A stretch of DNA of 64,000 nt from a bacterium (GTDB lineage: Bacteria; Hinthialibacterota; Hinthialibacteria; Hinthialibacterales; Hinthialibacteraceae): NCBI GenBank assembly GCA_963663405.2, contig CAXXSM010000140.1, positions 9,554 to 73,553 on the forward strand, given 5' to 3'. A program made the translations under genes and the position numbers. Under the pieces are notes generated by a model, which was given only the letters and a program-made list of their open reading frames with translations, searched no databases and was not told the origin of the DNA. Each line of letters begins with the position of its first letter. The stretch's first letter is position 1. This document shows positions 1 to 10,649 of the stretch, piece by piece.

Positions 1-656
1 GCGCCACCATAGGAGCCGGAATGAAGATCCTGATTCGCGGCGTCTACACGAATCTCGGTGGCGCAGATCCCCCGCAGCCCATAGCAGAGCGCCGGTTGAC
101 CAGGGCCGAACTGGCACGTGTCGCTGATTACGGCCACATCACTGCGCAATGAATCCCGATTTTCCCGCAGGAAAATCGAGACGTGATCGCTCGCGACTTC
201 TTCTTCCCCTTCGATGATATAAATGAGATTAACCGGCGCTGTTCCCTCGGTTTTGAGAAAGGCTTCAAGGGATTTAATATGCGCGAATAATTGTCCTTTA
301 TCATCCGTCGCCCCGCGCGCATAGACAATTTCATTATCCACACGTGGTTCAAATGGAGGGGATTTCCAAAGATCAAGCGGTTCCGGCGGCTGAACGTCGT
401 AATGACCATAAACCAGCACTGTAGGTTTATCGGCGCCGGCGTTATAACGCGCCAGAACGACTGGATTTCCGGCGGTGGGATGGATTTCCGCCTCGAGTCC
501 AAGACCGGTGAACTGATCCCGAACAAATTGAGCGGCCTTTTCACAATCGAGTTTATGTTCGCTCTTAGCGCTGACACTGGGAATTTTCAGAAATTCAATC
601 AGCTCATCAATAAACCGTTGTCTATTTTCTTTTATATAGGTTAATACAGAATCCAT
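1..656 (-). CDS. M20-family metallo-dipeptidase (ArgE/DapE-like), 3' end runs off the window
   Basis: Not in the ORF track because it has no stop in the window. Manual translation from ATG at 656: MDSVLTYIKENRQRFIDELIEFLKIPSVSA...TVLVYGHYDVQPPEPLDLWKSPPFEP...YARGATDDKGQ...IIEGEEEVAS...DLHSGSYGG, which carries the M20 metal-binding motifs (GHYDVQP, RGATDDKG, EGEEE). Lies 9 bp downstream of the POT transporter. Confidence 0.93.
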   Translation of the reverse strand, partial: MDSVLTYIKENRQRFIDELIEFLKIPSVSAKSEHKLDCEKAAQFVRDQFTGLGLEAEIHPTAGNPVVLARYNAGADKPTVLVYGHYDVQPPEPLDLWKSPPFEPRVDNEIVYARGATDDKGQLFAHIKSLEAFLKTEGTAPVNLIYIIEGEEEVASDHVSIFLRENRDSLRSDVAVISDTCQFGPGQPALCYGLRGICATEIRVDAANQDLHSGSYGG

Positions 657-665
657 ATCTCTCTC

Positions 666-2078
666 CTATTCTTTGTCCTCACCTTGGATAAAGGTTTGCT
701 CTTTATAAAAATACGCGACAAAGATAAAAATCACGGCGGTAATGAGCATCATCCCAGCGAAGAATAGATAATACCATTCCCCTTCCAGCTTGGTGGTTCC
801 ATCAGGATTTTGGATAAAGAGATTTACTAAAGAAGTAAAAGCGTTTCCCAATGAAATGGACATCAGAAAGATCGCCATAATAACCGATTTCATTTTTCTT
901 GGGGCTTGCGTGTAGGAAAACTCCAAACAAGTGATAGATACGAAAATTTCAGCAGCAGTAATGCAAATATATGCAAGGATCTGCCAAGCGATGTTAGGCT
1001 GTTCTCCCAATCCGATTTGGTATTCAATCCATGCGGGGATTAAAAACGAGGGGATTGCGATGAACATACCAATTGATATCTTGCGCAAGGGAGTCAAAGG
1101 GAATATCTTGTTGATCGCTGGATAGAGAATATAAGAAAACAGCGGGATGAAGATCAATACAAAAAGTGGATTGAGGGCTTGGATTTGGGAAGGAAGCCAT
1201 TCAATACCAAGCCAATGCCGGTCCATGTTTTCCGCTTGCAGCACCCAAGCGGAAGCGGTTTGATCGAACAACGCCCAAAACATGGCGACGAAGACGTAAA
1301 TAATCATCAATTTCCCAATACACTTAAGGCCAATAGGACTGAATACTTCTTTGATGAATGTTGTTCCCTTCGCTGGAATGTGGACGAACTTGCGCCGCCC
1401 CATCCAGAAAACCACGGTCGCGATGAACATCAAAATTCCAGGAACTCCAAACGCGACATGAGGTCCGAAATATTCCATTAATATAGGCGTCAGCAGAGTC
1501 GAGGCGAAAGAACCTACATTAATGGAAAAATAGAACCAATAATAAACTTTCTCGATCAATTTCTTATTTAGCGTTCCAAATTGATCGCCTACATTCGCGG
1601 ATACGCAAGGTTTAATGCCACCAGAACCAATAGCGATTAATGTTAAGCCGATCGCGAGTCCCCACCGCGTTTGATCGATCGCCATCGCCAAGTGCCCAAG
1701 ACAGTATACAATCGATAAAGCAATGATCGTTTTATACTTCCCAAAAAAGGCGTCAGCGATCAGAGCTCCGATAATGGGAGTAAAATAGACGGCGCAAACA
1801 AAGAAGTGAAAATAAGATTTCGCCGCCTCTTCCGTCATGACGTCCAACTGACCGTCCATCCCCATTAAATACTGAGTCATGAAAATGGTCAGAATCGCCC
1901 GGTTGCCATAGAAACTGAAACGTTCGGCGGCTTCATTTCCTACAATATAGGGAATTCCTCTGGGCATTTTTGTTGTTTGGGGAGGTATTGTCAGGTAGGG
2001 TTGCTTGCTTTTCGATGGTTTCTCTTCGGCCATTCTTGGATTCAGAGGTGGATCGTCGTAGAACGATTTATTATCCAT
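666..2078 (-). CDS. POT/PTR-family proton-dependent oligopeptide transporter (MFS)
   Basis: ExxERFxFYG motif (EAAERFSFYG), GSGGIKPCVSANVGDQF, FYFSINVGS, LEFSYTQAP; about 12 hydrophobic segments. Confidence 0.95.
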   Translation of the reverse strand: MDNKSFYDDPPLNPRMAEEKPSKSKQPYLTIPPQTTKMPRGIPYIVGNEAAERFSFYGNRAILTIFMTQYLMGMDGQLDVMTEEAAKSYFHFFVCAVYFTPIIGALIADAFFGKYKTIIALSIVYCLGHLAMAIDQTRWGLAIGLTLIAIGSGGIKPCVSANVGDQFGTLNKKLIEKVYYWFYFSINVGSFASTLLTPILMEYFGPHVAFGVPGILMFIATVVFWMGRRKFVHIPAKGTTFIKEVFSPIGLKCIGKLMIIYVFVAMFWALFDQTASAWVLQAENMDRHWLGIEWLPSQIQALNPLFVLIFIPLFSYILYPAINKIFPLTPLRKISIGMFIAIPSFLIPAWIEYQIGLGEQPNIAWQILAYICITAAEIFVSITCLEFSYTQAPRKMKSVIMAIFLMSISLGNAFTSLVNLFIQNPDGTTKLEGEWYYLFFAGMMLITAVIFIFVAYFYKEQTFIQGEDKE

Positions 2079-2391
2079 GTATTCAATTCCTTCATTTTTT
2101 TATCGATAACAGTCTTTATTATGATTTGTTCGAATTTGATAGGGAAGCGGAAGGCCCTGTTTTCGAGAAAAAAGCAAAGAGCACTCATGTTTTGAGAGGA
2201 GGATCGTACAAGGAAAACGGTTGTCGTGTATAATTATTGTAAAAAGAGCTAGAGAGGAAGAGAAATTCGTCTCTTTTGACTTGAACTATCCTTGTGGTAT
2301 TATTATTTTTCGATAAAGAGAATATAGTATTTTGTCCGATTATCAGTATCCGGTTTTATGTCCGGAGCGATTACAGAGAAGGCAAAGGAAA

Positions 2392-3453
2392 ATGAAAAAG
2401 AAGATCATTTTAGGAATCGTCGCAGGTGTAGGATTGCTGGTTCTAATACTGGGTATTTTCGCTTTTGTAGAATACCGGAAATGGACGACCGCATGGGGAA
2501 CGGATGAGGATACTTTTTATATCAATATTGAAAAAGGATGGACGGCCCGGACAATCGCTAATAGTCTGTACGAAAAGGGCGCGATCCCAAATACTGCAGG
2601 ATTTCTAATGATGGCGGATCTGCGTGGATTCGCAACGAAACTGCGGGCGGGTGAATATGAGATCAATGGCGCCTCGTCTCCCATTGAGATTGTGAATATG
2701 ATCGCTATTGGCTATGCGTACCGGCATAATGTGGTTGTCCCCGAAGGATTTACCCAATTACAAATAGCCGAACGATGCGATAAACTTGGAGTCTGCTCAA
2801 AAGAGGATTTTCTCCAACAATGCCGCTCAGAAAATTACTTTCAATTCGTGATTGCTCAGGCGCCGGAAAACGCGAACGCCTCCGTCGAGGGGATTCTGTT
2901 TCCTGACACCTACGAACTGGAAAAAAACACCCCTCCTGAAAAGATCACGAATAAAATGGTCAGGCGTTTCGAGCAAGTTTTTAATAAAATTAAGACCAAA
3001 GCCACAGAAGATAAGGAGAAAACGTGGTGGTGGATGGACGATCAATACGGCTCGACGCAGCAGATCCACCGTGTCATCGTACTTGCGTCTCTAGTCGAAC
3101 GAGAGGCAAAGCGCCCGGAAGACCGGCCTTTAGTGGCGTCAGTGTTTGTTAACCGCCTGAAAAAAAATATGCCCATGCAGGCGGATAGCACGATTCATTA
3201 CGCGCTCAATGATTGGAGCCGCCCATTGACAAAAAAAGATTTAGAACTGGATTCACCCTACAATACCTATAAAAACAATGGTCTACCTCCGGCGGCGATT
3301 TGTAATCCAGGGAAAGCGGCGCTTGAAGCGGCGTTGACTCCACCCGATACGACATATCTCTATTTCATCTCTTTCCCCAATGGAGAAACAAAATTCACCT
3401 CAACGTACGATGAATTTCTTAAATTGAAACAACAGTTGAAGCAGGGAGCGTGA
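2392..3453 (+). CDS. mltG: Endolytic transglycosylase MltG (YceG family)
   Basis: N-terminal TM; LRAGEY, VVVPEGFT, EGILFPDTY, ASLVEREA, VFVNRL, SPYNTY, GLPPAAICNPG. Start moved to ATG 2392, which follows the RBS-like AAGGAA. Confidence 0.95.
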   Translation: MKKKIILGIVAGVGLLVLILGIFAFVEYRKWTTAWGTDEDTFYINIEKGWTARTIANSLYEKGAIPNTAGFLMMADLRGFATKLRAGEYEINGASSPIEIVNMIAIGYAYRHNVVVPEGFTQLQIAERCDKLGVCSKEDFLQQCRSENYFQFVIAQAPENANASVEGILFPDTYELEKNTPPEKITNKMVRRFEQVFNKIKTKATEDKEKTWWWMDDQYGSTQQIHRVIVLASLVEREAKRPEDRPLVASVFVNRLKKNMPMQADSTIHYALNDWSRPLTKKDLELDSPYNTYKNNGLPPAAICNPGKAALEAALTPPDTTYLYFISFPNGETKFTSTYDEFLKLKQQLKQGA

Positions 3454-3541
3454 GATACTTTTGTATCGATTGATTTTGGCTCGTTCAAGATCAATCGTAT
3501 GGTGATCTCTGGTTTTGTGCGGGGACGCTCGTGTTCCTTTT

Positions 3542-6355
3542 TTAATTGAATGGGTGGATGATCCGGTAGGGAGTTTCGTTGAGTGAGTTGGGAACGCGGA
3601 TGGCGTTTCCATATTCATCGATCGCTTCCAACGCGTACTGCGCGCCAGCTGGGGTCAAGGGGAAATCTCCCGTAAACACGCCTTCTTTTCTCCGCGTCAT
3701 GGTGAGTTCTTTCCATTCGATGTACGAGGGAAATGGTTTCCAAAATAACTTCACTGACGCGATACCGGATGGATCTTCAAATTCCCCCGTTACCGTGACC
3801 TGATTTCGTGAACCGTTGATTTTATGGCTTATACCGAGCGCTCGAGGAGGCGTTGTATCATCCGTTATTATAATCGTATAGGCGTTTCCGCCTTCTCCAC
3901 TTGGAACAGATAAATTGACGCCATTCACTGTTCCAAACAGATAGTACTCAAATACTCCAGGTTTAACCTGTTCCGCTGGAATCTGCGCGTAATAAACACC
4001 CTGCATATTGGAGGATTTCATCTGCACACGGCCCGCCGTTCCAACGCTGTTTCGGTAGGAGACCAGCAATGTTCCAATATTGGCGTCTGGAGGAATTGAA
4101 ACGGTGAGTAGAAGCGGTTGATCGGGTTTACTTCTTCGTAAAGGGATATGCCCTAGTGTTTGGATCCATTTTTTCTTGGTTAGCCATTCTTGATAGGCGT
4201 TGGTCAGATCCTGAATATCCCGTTCCGCATTGGGTGGATATTGGTTCCAGTGAAATTGAGATCCACCGATAAGAAACGTTTCAAGAAACGGGTGGTAATG
4301 AATGGTTGTATAGTTACATAATTCTGTCCACGCTTTACTGGCGGCTTGAATCTTCTCTGTCGCGATGATTAAAGAAGGGAGATCACCCCGCTTTTGAAAC
4401 ACACCGAGATTTACGGCGGCGGAGGCTTTGTCGCGGTAAAACCGGCTCATCGCCTCAAGCGCTTGAAAATCCAGTGTCCAGGATTCCCATTCCCGATATG
4501 CTTTCATTTCCTTCGGATTCGAGGCGTTCATTGCTAATGGGCGTCTGATTTCGGAGACAGCCGTTCGCATTTCGGAAGCCGCTTGTGAGGCTTCGTTGGC
4601 GATGTCTGAAAGAAGAGTGAGGGGGGAGCGCCTTCCATCGGCTTGTCCGGAGATTAAATGATCCGCTTCTTCTTCAATCGACCGTACGCTGAAAGAATCA
4701 AATGACTTTGTTTTGAGGATTTCCGAGACCGGTAGTGGGGGAGAAATTTCTGGCGCGTGGCTGCGTTTATCCGGGCCGGAGGTGAGCGCAGCGGTGATGG
4801 TGGGGATTACATGGCTGATTTTTTGAAGCGCGTTGAATATAGCGCGGCCCGCTTTTTCGCCAAAATGGTATTCAAAACTCCGGATGAATACTTGATCTGA
4901 TTCTTGTGGATTGTACGCCAAACGGCCCCACATTAGAAAATAGTACCAATCCCGTTCATAAGTCCAATCGTAGTACCGGAAATCGGTCACCGCCGTATTT
5001 GAATACGCGTCTACATGAGGGTATCCTGTGGAATAGGTCTCCAGCGAAAAACCTTCCGCTTGGTACTGATTGACGCATTGCAGTGTGCGCCGGATGAACG
5101 TTAGATCTCCCCAGGGGAAGATCCTGTATGTGCCGTTCGCTTTTAACTCAAATAGAATTGAATACTTCCGGGGCTGATTGAAATAATCGAGATAGGAGTG
5201 ACTATGCCATTCCTTCATATGCCCACCCGTCACGGGATAAGGAAGCGCGAGATGATCGCCGTTGAATTTTATTTCTAACACTACATTATTGGGATACGAT
5301 TGAATCAAGTTCCGCAACGCGGGTGGATCAGTCAACCAAGTTCGAACGAACAGCGGCCGTTTCCTTTGATCCTGAGCAAGCGGTTTCAGAAAAGCTTCCT
5401 GGAAGAAATCCGGCTCCGCTCCTGATTCCCCGATACGAAATCCGATTCCATTCAACATCGGGCAATCTTCCAGCAGTTGTTTCAAGGCCTGAGAATTGTA
5501 TAGAGACAGTGTATTCTGATCTGTATCGGGAATCGGATTTTGAGGGATGGACCATGGAACGCTGTAATTCATCAAAGATACATTAATCCCACGTTTGTTC
5601 GCCATCTCAACAATGCGCCGCAGGGAGAATTTGTTGAGATCTGATTTTATCTTACCAACCCCAACTTGTGGATAATCAGATAGATATGTAAAATAGGGAA
5701 AGAGATTTGGGAATTGGGTGCTGACAAGGTCGAACGCGCCGTGAAGGTCTAAGAAATTGAATCGCGCTTTCGCGATTGTATTAAGAAAACCACTCCAGAA
5801 ATCCTCGGAATGAAACCATGAAAAACGGTCTTCGAGCGCTTGTGTATGAATAAGAAGGTTGATTCCACGAACGAGTATCGATGGCGCCAGTTTTTTTTCT
5901 TCAATCTTTAAAGTCTTCAATGATCGGTATCCACCGAGTTCAATCTGTTCGGCGATCTCGAACGCGGCGTACATCGTCCCTACATCGTCGCTGCCAATCC
6001 CGTAAACACGCGCCCCCCCTTCATGCGGAAAAAAGAGAGTCGCAAAGGATTCAGGCTGATTGGGGATCATGTTTTTGATTGCTTCTGGCCATTCGATTTT
6101 CGATTGTTCTGGATCAAAGGCCGCTATGTAAATTTCTAATTTAGGAATTGAATTGTTCGGTTGGCCACTGCCCAGCCGAGTTTCGACTTGCCAGTCAAGA
6201 GAGGTCAACACGCGATTGACCTCTTCGATTCCAATTTCAATCGGTCCCGTTGGCATGGTCTGATAGGACACAATATACGCCTGGTCAGCGAAGCCATTGG
6301 ATATAGATATCGCAGTCAATATTAATGATGCGAACAGCCATCGAACAATTTTCAT
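3542..6355 (-). CDS. Large secreted protein, probable glycoside-hydrolase-like (GH20/GH67/GH115-type N-domain, TIM barrel, C-terminal beta-sandwiches)
   Basis: Sec signal peptide; PESF...GIGSDDVGTMYAAFEIAE segment typical of the alpha/beta N-domain of GH20/67/115 enzymes; WGRLAYNP motif; C-terminal Ig-like segments. Confidence 0.55.
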   Translation of the reverse strand: MKIVRWLFASLILTAISISNGFADQAYIVSYQTMPTGPIEIGIEEVNRVLTSLDWQVETRLGSGQPNNSIPKLEIYIAAFDPEQSKIEWPEAIKNMIPNQPESFATLFFPHEGGARVYGIGSDDVGTMYAAFEIAEQIELGGYRSLKTLKIEEKKLAPSILVRGINLLIHTQALEDRFSWFHSEDFWSGFLNTIAKARFNFLDLHGAFDLVSTQFPNLFPYFTYLSDYPQVGVGKIKSDLNKFSLRRIVEMANKRGINVSLMNYSVPWSIPQNPIPDTDQNTLSLYNSQALKQLLEDCPMLNGIGFRIGESGAEPDFFQEAFLKPLAQDQRKRPLFVRTWLTDPPALRNLIQSYPNNVVLEIKFNGDHLALPYPVTGGHMKEWHSHSYLDYFNQPRKYSILFELKANGTYRIFPWGDLTFIRRTLQCVNQYQAEGFSLETYSTGYPHVDAYSNTAVTDFRYYDWTYERDWYYFLMWGRLAYNPQESDQVFIRSFEYHFGEKAGRAIFNALQKISHVIPTITAALTSGPDKRSHAPEISPPLPVSEILKTKSFDSFSVRSIEEEADHLISGQADGRRSPLTLLSDIANEASQAASEMRTAVSEIRRPLAMNASNPKEMKAYREWESWTLDFQALEAMSRFYRDKASAAVNLGVFQKRGDLPSLIIATEKIQAASKAWTELCNYTTIHYHPFLETFLIGGSQFHWNQYPPNAERDIQDLTNAYQEWLTKKKWIQTLGHIPLRRSKPDQPLLLTVSIPPDANIGTLLVSYRNSVGTAGRVQMKSSNMQGVYYAQIPAEQVKPGVFEYYLFGTVNGVNLSVPSGEGGNAYTIIITDDTTPPRALGISHKINGSRNQVTVTGEFEDPSGIASVKLFWKPFPSYIEWKELTMTRRKEGVFTGDFPLTPAGAQYALEAIDEYGNAIRVPNSLNETPYRIIHPFN

Positions 6356-6422
6356 TCTTGAATCCTGGATCAGTGTTTGTTATCTATTATAGGATTAAAC
6401 GATTGTGATTGCTAACATCGTT

Positions 6423-7274
6423 CTATCGATTGGGGATTGTTAAAGTGTAATATAGAATCTCTTCTTTTCCGTCCCGGTTCGCTTTGGCGAGGACGGTTCC
6501 ATCCGCCCCGTATATTGCGCATCCCCCTTCGCATTCATGCTGCCAGCTTTTCCCGATTCGGTTGGTCACCAAGATGGGCGCGCCAATTATGGCGGCTCGG
6601 GCGCCCATATCGGTATGGTCAGGCAGTTGGACGCGATTGTTTGGATAGAATACGAGTTCCGGTTTTAATTCTTTGGCTCTCTCGATACAGCGCGGCGCTT
6701 CGCCATCCGCGCAGATGAAGCAGGTTGCTTTAATTCCATTAATTTTAAAGAGTTCCGGACCCGGTCCTGGATCGTATCGCGCCCATTCATTGCGATATCC
6801 TTTGTCTGACGCGTCCCGCCATAACCAGGATTTACGGTACCGGTAGATGAGTCCCGCTGGATCGATAAAGGCTTGTGTGATATAGAATCGCGAATCCTCA
6901 CGTTCCGATAGGCCGAAACTGATCATACAGTTCAATTCCCGCGCCAGCGCTGTCATCTTTTTTGTTGTTGGTCCAGGAACCGGTTCCGCCAATTCCTCCA
7001 GTCGAGGAGTGTAATCGGTTAAACATCCCTCATGAAACATCACAAGACGCGCGCCGTTTTGAACCGCTTCGCGCGTCAATCTTTCCATCTGCTTGAGATT
7101 ATGGCTTGTTTTTTCGGCGATTGAATCGAATTGCACAAGCGCGATAGAAAGCGTTTTCGGCGATGGATTCGGTTCTCCGATGGGATCGATCATCACACAC
7201 GCTCCAAGTGAAACAAGAAGAAACATGAAAGAATACATCCCGAACCGGGATACCTGACCGTTCGATTGGAACAT
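6423..7274 (-). CDS. Carbon-nitrogen hydrolase (nitrilase superfamily), possible lipoprotein
   Basis: E-K-C triad (FHEG, YRKSW, FICADG), VTNRIG and GGCAIYGADG; hydrophobic N-terminus with the lipobox-like SLGAC. Confidence 0.88.
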   Translation of the reverse strand: MFQSNGQVSRFGMYSFMFLLVSLGACVMIDPIGEPNPSPKTLSIALVQFDSIAEKTSHNLKQMERLTREAVQNGARLVMFHEGCLTDYTPRLEELAEPVPGPTTKKMTALARELNCMISFGLSEREDSRFYITQAFIDPAGLIYRYRKSWLWRDASDKGYRNEWARYDPGPGPELFKINGIKATCFICADGEAPRCIERAKELKPELVFYPNNRVQLPDHTDMGARAAIIGAPILVTNRIGKSWQHECEGGCAIYGADGTVLAKANRDGKEEILYYTLTIPNR

Positions 7275-7323
7275 AGCGGTTTTCCCTCCTGGTTGATCAT
7301 CTGTATGAATCTCAAGACAGTTC

Positions 7324-8769
7324 TCACTGTTTCGGATTGCGCTCCGGCATTTGCGCGCTGACGTCTTTTCTCCATGATTTGAGTAAATTCCTCAATTCAG
7401 AGGCTTTTCCGGGCATGGCTTCCACTAGGTTATCCTTTTCTCCAAGATCCGTATTAAGATCGTATAATTCCATATGGTTATCTTCAAAATATTCGATTAG
7501 TTTCCAATGATCTTGACGAATGGCGCTGACGGGTGATGTAGTGGGATAATAATGGGGATAATGCCAATAAAGCGTATCTCGATCCAGTTTAGCGCTTGGA
7601 TTCTTCAAGAGTGGAACAAGGCTCAGACCGTCTACATCAGCATTATGCTGGGGGGCGCCGGTGAGTCCCGCAATTTCAAGGAGCGTGGGGTAAAAATCAA
7701 TCGAGCTGACGGGATGATCGCAAATCGCTCCCTCTTTTGTCATACCGGGCCAGCGTACAATCAACGGCACACGGATTCCGCCTTCATAAAGCGATCCCTT
7801 ACCTGAACGTAAGGGTTGATTGCTCGTGATTATCCCATATTCACTATTTTCGAGAAAACCACCATTGTCTGAGAAAAAAATGATAACGGTTCGATCCGTA
7901 AGACCGAGTTCTTCAACTTTGGTTAGAACGCGGCCAACATTCTCATCGAGACTGGCTGCCATGGCGGCGTATTCAGGATTTTGATGACGCATACCGGATT
8001 TCAATTTTTTCCGAAAACGTTCTATTAGATCCGGTTTGCCTTCAATCGGCGTGTGAACGGTGTGGTAGGCCAAGTGGAGGAAGAACGGCTTATCTTTCAT
8101 ATTGTCTATCACATGAAGCGCTTCATCCGTAAGTCGATCGGTGAGGTATTCGCCCTCTTTACCGAATTCTAAATGCGGCACGTATCGGAATTCATTCCCA
8201 TATCGTTGATCGCCGCTGTAGGGATAGAAGAACGTCGCGGGCGCGCCCCATAATGTTCCCCCAATGTTAACGTCGAATCCATGCGTCTGCGGATAATATC
8301 CCGCGCCACCCAGGTGCCATTTGCCAATGTGGGCGGTCTGATATCCCGCCTTATGAAAAACCTCAGCGATCGTTGTCTGTTCATGGGGCAAGTCGCCAAC
8401 CGTGATGGGGGGAATCAATTTGCGGTTCTGGGGGGGATTCTTTGACGCTTCGCGCCAGATCGTCATATGCAACCGGGCGGGATATTTGCCGGTCATGAGG
8501 GAAGCCCGTGTAGGGGAACAGACTGGACTCGCCGCATACGCGTCGGTGAATCGGGTCCCTTTTTGCGCAAGCCGGTCAATGTTCGGTGTCTCATGCAGAT
8601 CCGCGCCGTAGCATCCCAAGTCGCTCCAACCGAGATCATCGGCTACAATGAAAATAAAGTTTAACGGTTCAGAGGAATTCGCTAGTAACCGCGCAGGCGC
8701 CCCCAACGCAGCTGCGCTCAATCCTGCAAATCTAAGAAAGTCACGGCGGCCGCATCTATTCGCGCTCAT
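7324..8769 (-). CDS. Formylglycine-dependent sulfatase (S1), Tat-exported
   Basis: Twin-arginine GRRDFL; ADDLG, CSPTRASLMTG, GKWHLG, SDNGG, GKGSLYEGGIRVP. Confidence 0.96.
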   Translation of the reverse strand: MSANRCGRRDFLRFAGLSAAALGAPARLLANSSEPLNFIFIVADDLGWSDLGCYGADLHETPNIDRLAQKGTRFTDAYAASPVCSPTRASLMTGKYPARLHMTIWREASKNPPQNRKLIPPITVGDLPHEQTTIAEVFHKAGYQTAHIGKWHLGGAGYYPQTHGFDVNIGGTLWGAPATFFYPYSGDQRYGNEFRYVPHLEFGKEGEYLTDRLTDEALHVIDNMKDKPFFLHLAYHTVHTPIEGKPDLIERFRKKLKSGMRHQNPEYAAMAASLDENVGRVLTKVEELGLTDRTVIIFFSDNGGFLENSEYGIITSNQPLRSGKGSLYEGGIRVPLIVRWPGMTKEGAICDHPVSSIDFYPTLLEIAGLTGAPQHNADVDGLSLVPLLKNPSAKLDRDTLYWHYPHYYPTTSPVSAIRQDHWKLIEYFEDNHMELYDLNTDLGEKDNLVEAMPGKASELRNLLKSWRKDVSAQMPERNPKQ

Positions 8770-8919
8770 AGGTTCTTCGCTCCTTGGATGAAATCGTTAA
8801 GCCTTATTAAATACTGTGTCCTTCAAAAATACAATGAATTCTCTTATATATCAATTATCCAGAAGGACAAAAGTGGGAGTTAGTAATTGACTCTCATATG
8901 AAGATTCGCCGGGAAGGAC

Positions 8920-10116
8920 GTGAAAGTGAAAAAGAAGCCCATGATACCATTCGCGAAAGCGTATGATATTGTAATGAATCGCGCTGTCTTTTTGGGGAAG
9001 GAGCGGACACCGCTCGCGGACGCGTTGAATCGGATCTTGGCCCAAGATGTATGTTCGGATATGGATATCCCTCCATTCAACAAATCGCTCCGTGACGGTT
9101 ACGCATGCCGCCGGGAAGATCTCGGCTCCGAACTAACGGTTCTTGAGACAATCCATGCGGGGCGGACGCCTACACAAGCGATTCACAAAAATCAATGTTC
9201 AAAAATCATGACTGGCGCGATGGTTCCTAAAGGCGCGGATTGTGTTGTTATGGTGGAGTACACCGAACATCCTTCTGAAAACACAATGCGTTTCACGGGT
9301 GGAGCTACGGAAGATAACATTAGTCCACAAGGGGAAGACATGAGCGCAGGCTCCATAGTCTTACGCGTGGGAGAGCGCATCGCGCCTCAGCATATCGCCG
9401 TCTTGGCGGCGCTTGGTTGTGATTCTCCTTTCACAGCGCGCCGTCCCCATGTTGGAATTATTGAGACTGGAGATGAATTGGTTAAGCCCAGTCAAAAACC
9501 AGATGTATCGCAGATTCGGGCCTGCAACGGTCCTTCGCTCTACGCGCAAGTAATGAAAATGGGATGCGTTCCATTCTATTTTGGAATCGTGGGAGATACA
9601 GAAAAAGAGATCGATAACCAGCTCCAAAAGGCGCTCGCCGAGAGTGATGTGGTTCTGATTTCTGGTGGCGTATCGATGGGCGACTTGGATCTTGTACCAG
9701 ACAGCATGACAAAAAGCGATCTTGATATTCTTTTTAATTCTGTTGCGGTAAAGCCTGGAAAACCAACGACTTTTGCTGTCTCTTCTAGCAAATTCTGTTT
9801 CGGTCTTCCCGGCAATCCTGTATCGACATTCATCCAATTTGAATTGCTGGTCAAACCTTTCCTTTTTAAGATGATGGGACACGAGTACCGGCCGAAGCGT
9901 GTCTTGGCTCCTATATCCAAAACGGTCTCGCAAAAAAAGGTGGATCGTGAATCGTGGATTCCAGTTGCGCTGACTGAAAATGGAGAAGCGGCGCCCTGTG
10001 ATTATCATGGTTCTGCGCATGTGAACGCTTTATGCGGCGCGGATGGGTTGATCTCCCTGCCGGTTGGCTGCGCTTCGATTATGAAAGGGACTAAGACGTC
10101 AGTCCGGTTATTATAA
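8920..10116 (+). CDS. moeA: Molybdopterin molybdotransferase MoeA
   Basis: PPFNKSLRDGYA, IMTGAMVPKGADCVVMVE, TGDEL, SGGVSMGDLD, KPGKP, GLPGNPVS. Confidence 0.96.
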   Translation: MKVKKKPMIPFAKAYDIVMNRAVFLGKERTPLADALNRILAQDVCSDMDIPPFNKSLRDGYACRREDLGSELTVLETIHAGRTPTQAIHKNQCSKIMTGAMVPKGADCVVMVEYTEHPSENTMRFTGGATEDNISPQGEDMSAGSIVLRVGERIAPQHIAVLAALGCDSPFTARRPHVGIIETGDELVKPSQKPDVSQIRACNGPSLYAQVMKMGCVPFYFGIVGDTEKEIDNQLQKALAESDVVLISGGVSMGDLDLVPDSMTKSDLDILFNSVAVKPGKPTTFAVSSSKFCFGLPGNPVSTFIQFELLVKPFLFKMMGHEYRPKRVLAPISKTVSQKKVDRESWIPVALTENGEAAPCDYHGSAHVNALCGADGLISLPVGCASIMKGTKTSVRLL

Positions 10117-10140
10117 GAAGTTTGAACCTGGAGAAGAACA

Positions 10141-10596
10141 ATGGATCAATTATCACATACGGATGAATCAGGCCGGGCGGCTATGGTTGATGTAGGTCAT
10201 AAAACTCCACAGCGCCGTACAGCGAAAGCCGCTGGCTATATCCAAATGAAAGCGTCCACCATCCTGCTCATCGAAGAAAACAAGATGAAAAAGGGAGACG
10301 TCCTGACCGTCGCCGAAATCGCCGGCGTGCAAGCGGCGAAACGAACATTCGAACTGATTCCATTGTGTCATCTAATTCCGATTTCAAATATTCAAGTGAA
10401 GGCGAAACTCAAAGGAGAAGGAGTGTCTGTTGAGAGCGAAGTCTCTTCAACCGGACAGACCGGCGTAGAAATGGAAGCGTTAACAGCGGTCAGTGTAGCG
10501 TTGCTGACGGTTTACGATATGTGTAAAGCGGTGGATCAAACTATGAAAATTGGAGAAATAGTCCTGCTGGAAAAACAAAAAACAGATCTTGATTGA
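10141..10596 (+). CDS. moaC: Cyclic pyranopterin monophosphate synthase MoaC
   Basis: LSHTD..G.AAMVDV, KKGDVL, LIPLCH, TGVEMEAL, YDMCKAVD. Confidence 0.97.
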   Translation: MDQLSHTDESGRAAMVDVGHKTPQRRTAKAAGYIQMKASTILLIEENKMKKGDVLTVAEIAGVQAAKRTFELIPLCHLIPISNIQVKAKLKGEGVSVESEVSSTGQTGVEMEALTAVSVALLTVYDMCKAVDQTMKIGEIVLLEKQKTDLD

Positions 10597-10649
10597 TTTG
10601 ATAAGATTCATGCGTTCCATATTAAGTCAAACAGGAAAGGCGTTGTTGA

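Noticed and set aside
128-644. ORF-track entries 128..577 (-) and 291..644 (+)
   Set aside because: Shadow or alternative-frame ORFs of the M20 dipeptidase (ATG at 656, minus strand), which carries clear family motifs.
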